This document shows positions 63,281 to 64,000 of a DNA stretch of 64,000 bases, one piece after another. The stretch is from Ramazzottius varieornatus (taxonomy: Eukaryota > Animalia > Tardigrada): positions 3,015,972 to 3,079,971 of the forward strand of contig BDGG01000005.1 in the NCBI GenBank assembly GCA_001949185.1, read 5' to 3'. A model generated the notes under the pieces. The model had not been told where the DNA came from. It was given only the letters and a program-made list of their open reading frames with translations, and searched no databases. Numbering within the stretch: position 1 is the first letter of the stretch; every line of letters begins with the position of its first letter. The position numbers were made by a program, and so were the translations under genes.

Positions 63281-63582
63281 GAGGGGATTATGCCTGTTCC
63301 CACCTCTTTTTGGTCAAACTGTCCTGGCGGAACGAGAGAGGAAAGTCTCTTCTAGGATCTGAGCCAGTGAGCTAAATCCCGCGTCGATCCTGGAACAAAC
63401 TACAGGGACTCGGGAGTGACGTCAAAAGTAGGGCGGTATATAAGCAGAGTAATGAACAATCAAGACTCGATTGTTCGATGGTTGATTCGGTTGTTGATTG
63501 AGCCTGTGCTTCCTGCTCATCAAGTTTTCTGTTGTTTTTCAACCTTCTCTCGTTTGCTCATTCATTCCTGCGCTTCTCTGAA

Positions 63583-64000
63583 ATGGAATCCATCAACTTG
63601 CTGAATGTTATCAAGCTGCTGGAATGGGACTACAAACTGCACTACCGTATGGACGACTTTCCAAGCGAAGCTGACAGGCAGTTCAAGGACATAGTTGAAG
63701 GTAATCTTGCTGTGCACTGGAGCTCAAAAACAAAAAAGATACTAATTTGATTCGTAATCTTTCCTAGATTTCATCGACTCGAAGACCATCCAAAGTGTTA
63801 CTCCTGTGTATGCCGTTGAAGAAGACCTCCAGTATGATCTGCAGATACGCGTCGAGTCATTTGAAGATTACGAAGCATCTGTTGTCCAGTGCAACCTGCT
63901 GAATGGCCGGAGTGAAGCTGACTTCGACGTTACGGAACCTGATAGACTGCTTGAGCCTGTTTCCAGCGGAACTGAACCTTCCCATGAGCTATACATCCCA
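63583..64000 (+). CDS. hypothetical protein, 5' part (intron 63701-63767), runs off the window
   Basis: MESINLLNVIKLLEWD...; GT-AG intron keeps the frame open to the window end. Confidence 0.45.

Overview
Eukaryotic (animal) genomic DNA from a compact, intron-rich genome. Most introns are 50-250 nt, and there is one 287-N assembly gap. The gene content suggests a tardigrade, but this is inference only. Spliced gene models read by hand: CFAP299-like, RIIAD1-like, two F-box genes, an ankyrin/SOCS-box-like gene, PPIE, pyruvate kinase, a CYP2-clan P450, TUBGCP6, a receptor guanylate cyclase, CCDC61, a 3x psq-like HTH plus chromodomain gene, a plant-type UGT pseudogene, an intron-containing tRNA-Tyr, a heparan sulfate 3-O-sulfotransferase and a COQ3-like methyltransferase. 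Mobile DNA: a full-length two-gene PIF/Harbinger transposon, a hAT MITE with an 8-bp TSD, and a pogo-like TA-flanked MITE family. The most striking unexplained signal is a dispersed palindromic element, CAAGTGGCGCAC-N25-GTGCGCCACTTG. I counted 24 copies at 17 loci. 21 copies are exactly 49 bp, 15 loci are in coding-region introns, and several form tandem arrays. The arms and spacer length are conserved while the spacer sequence has drifted.
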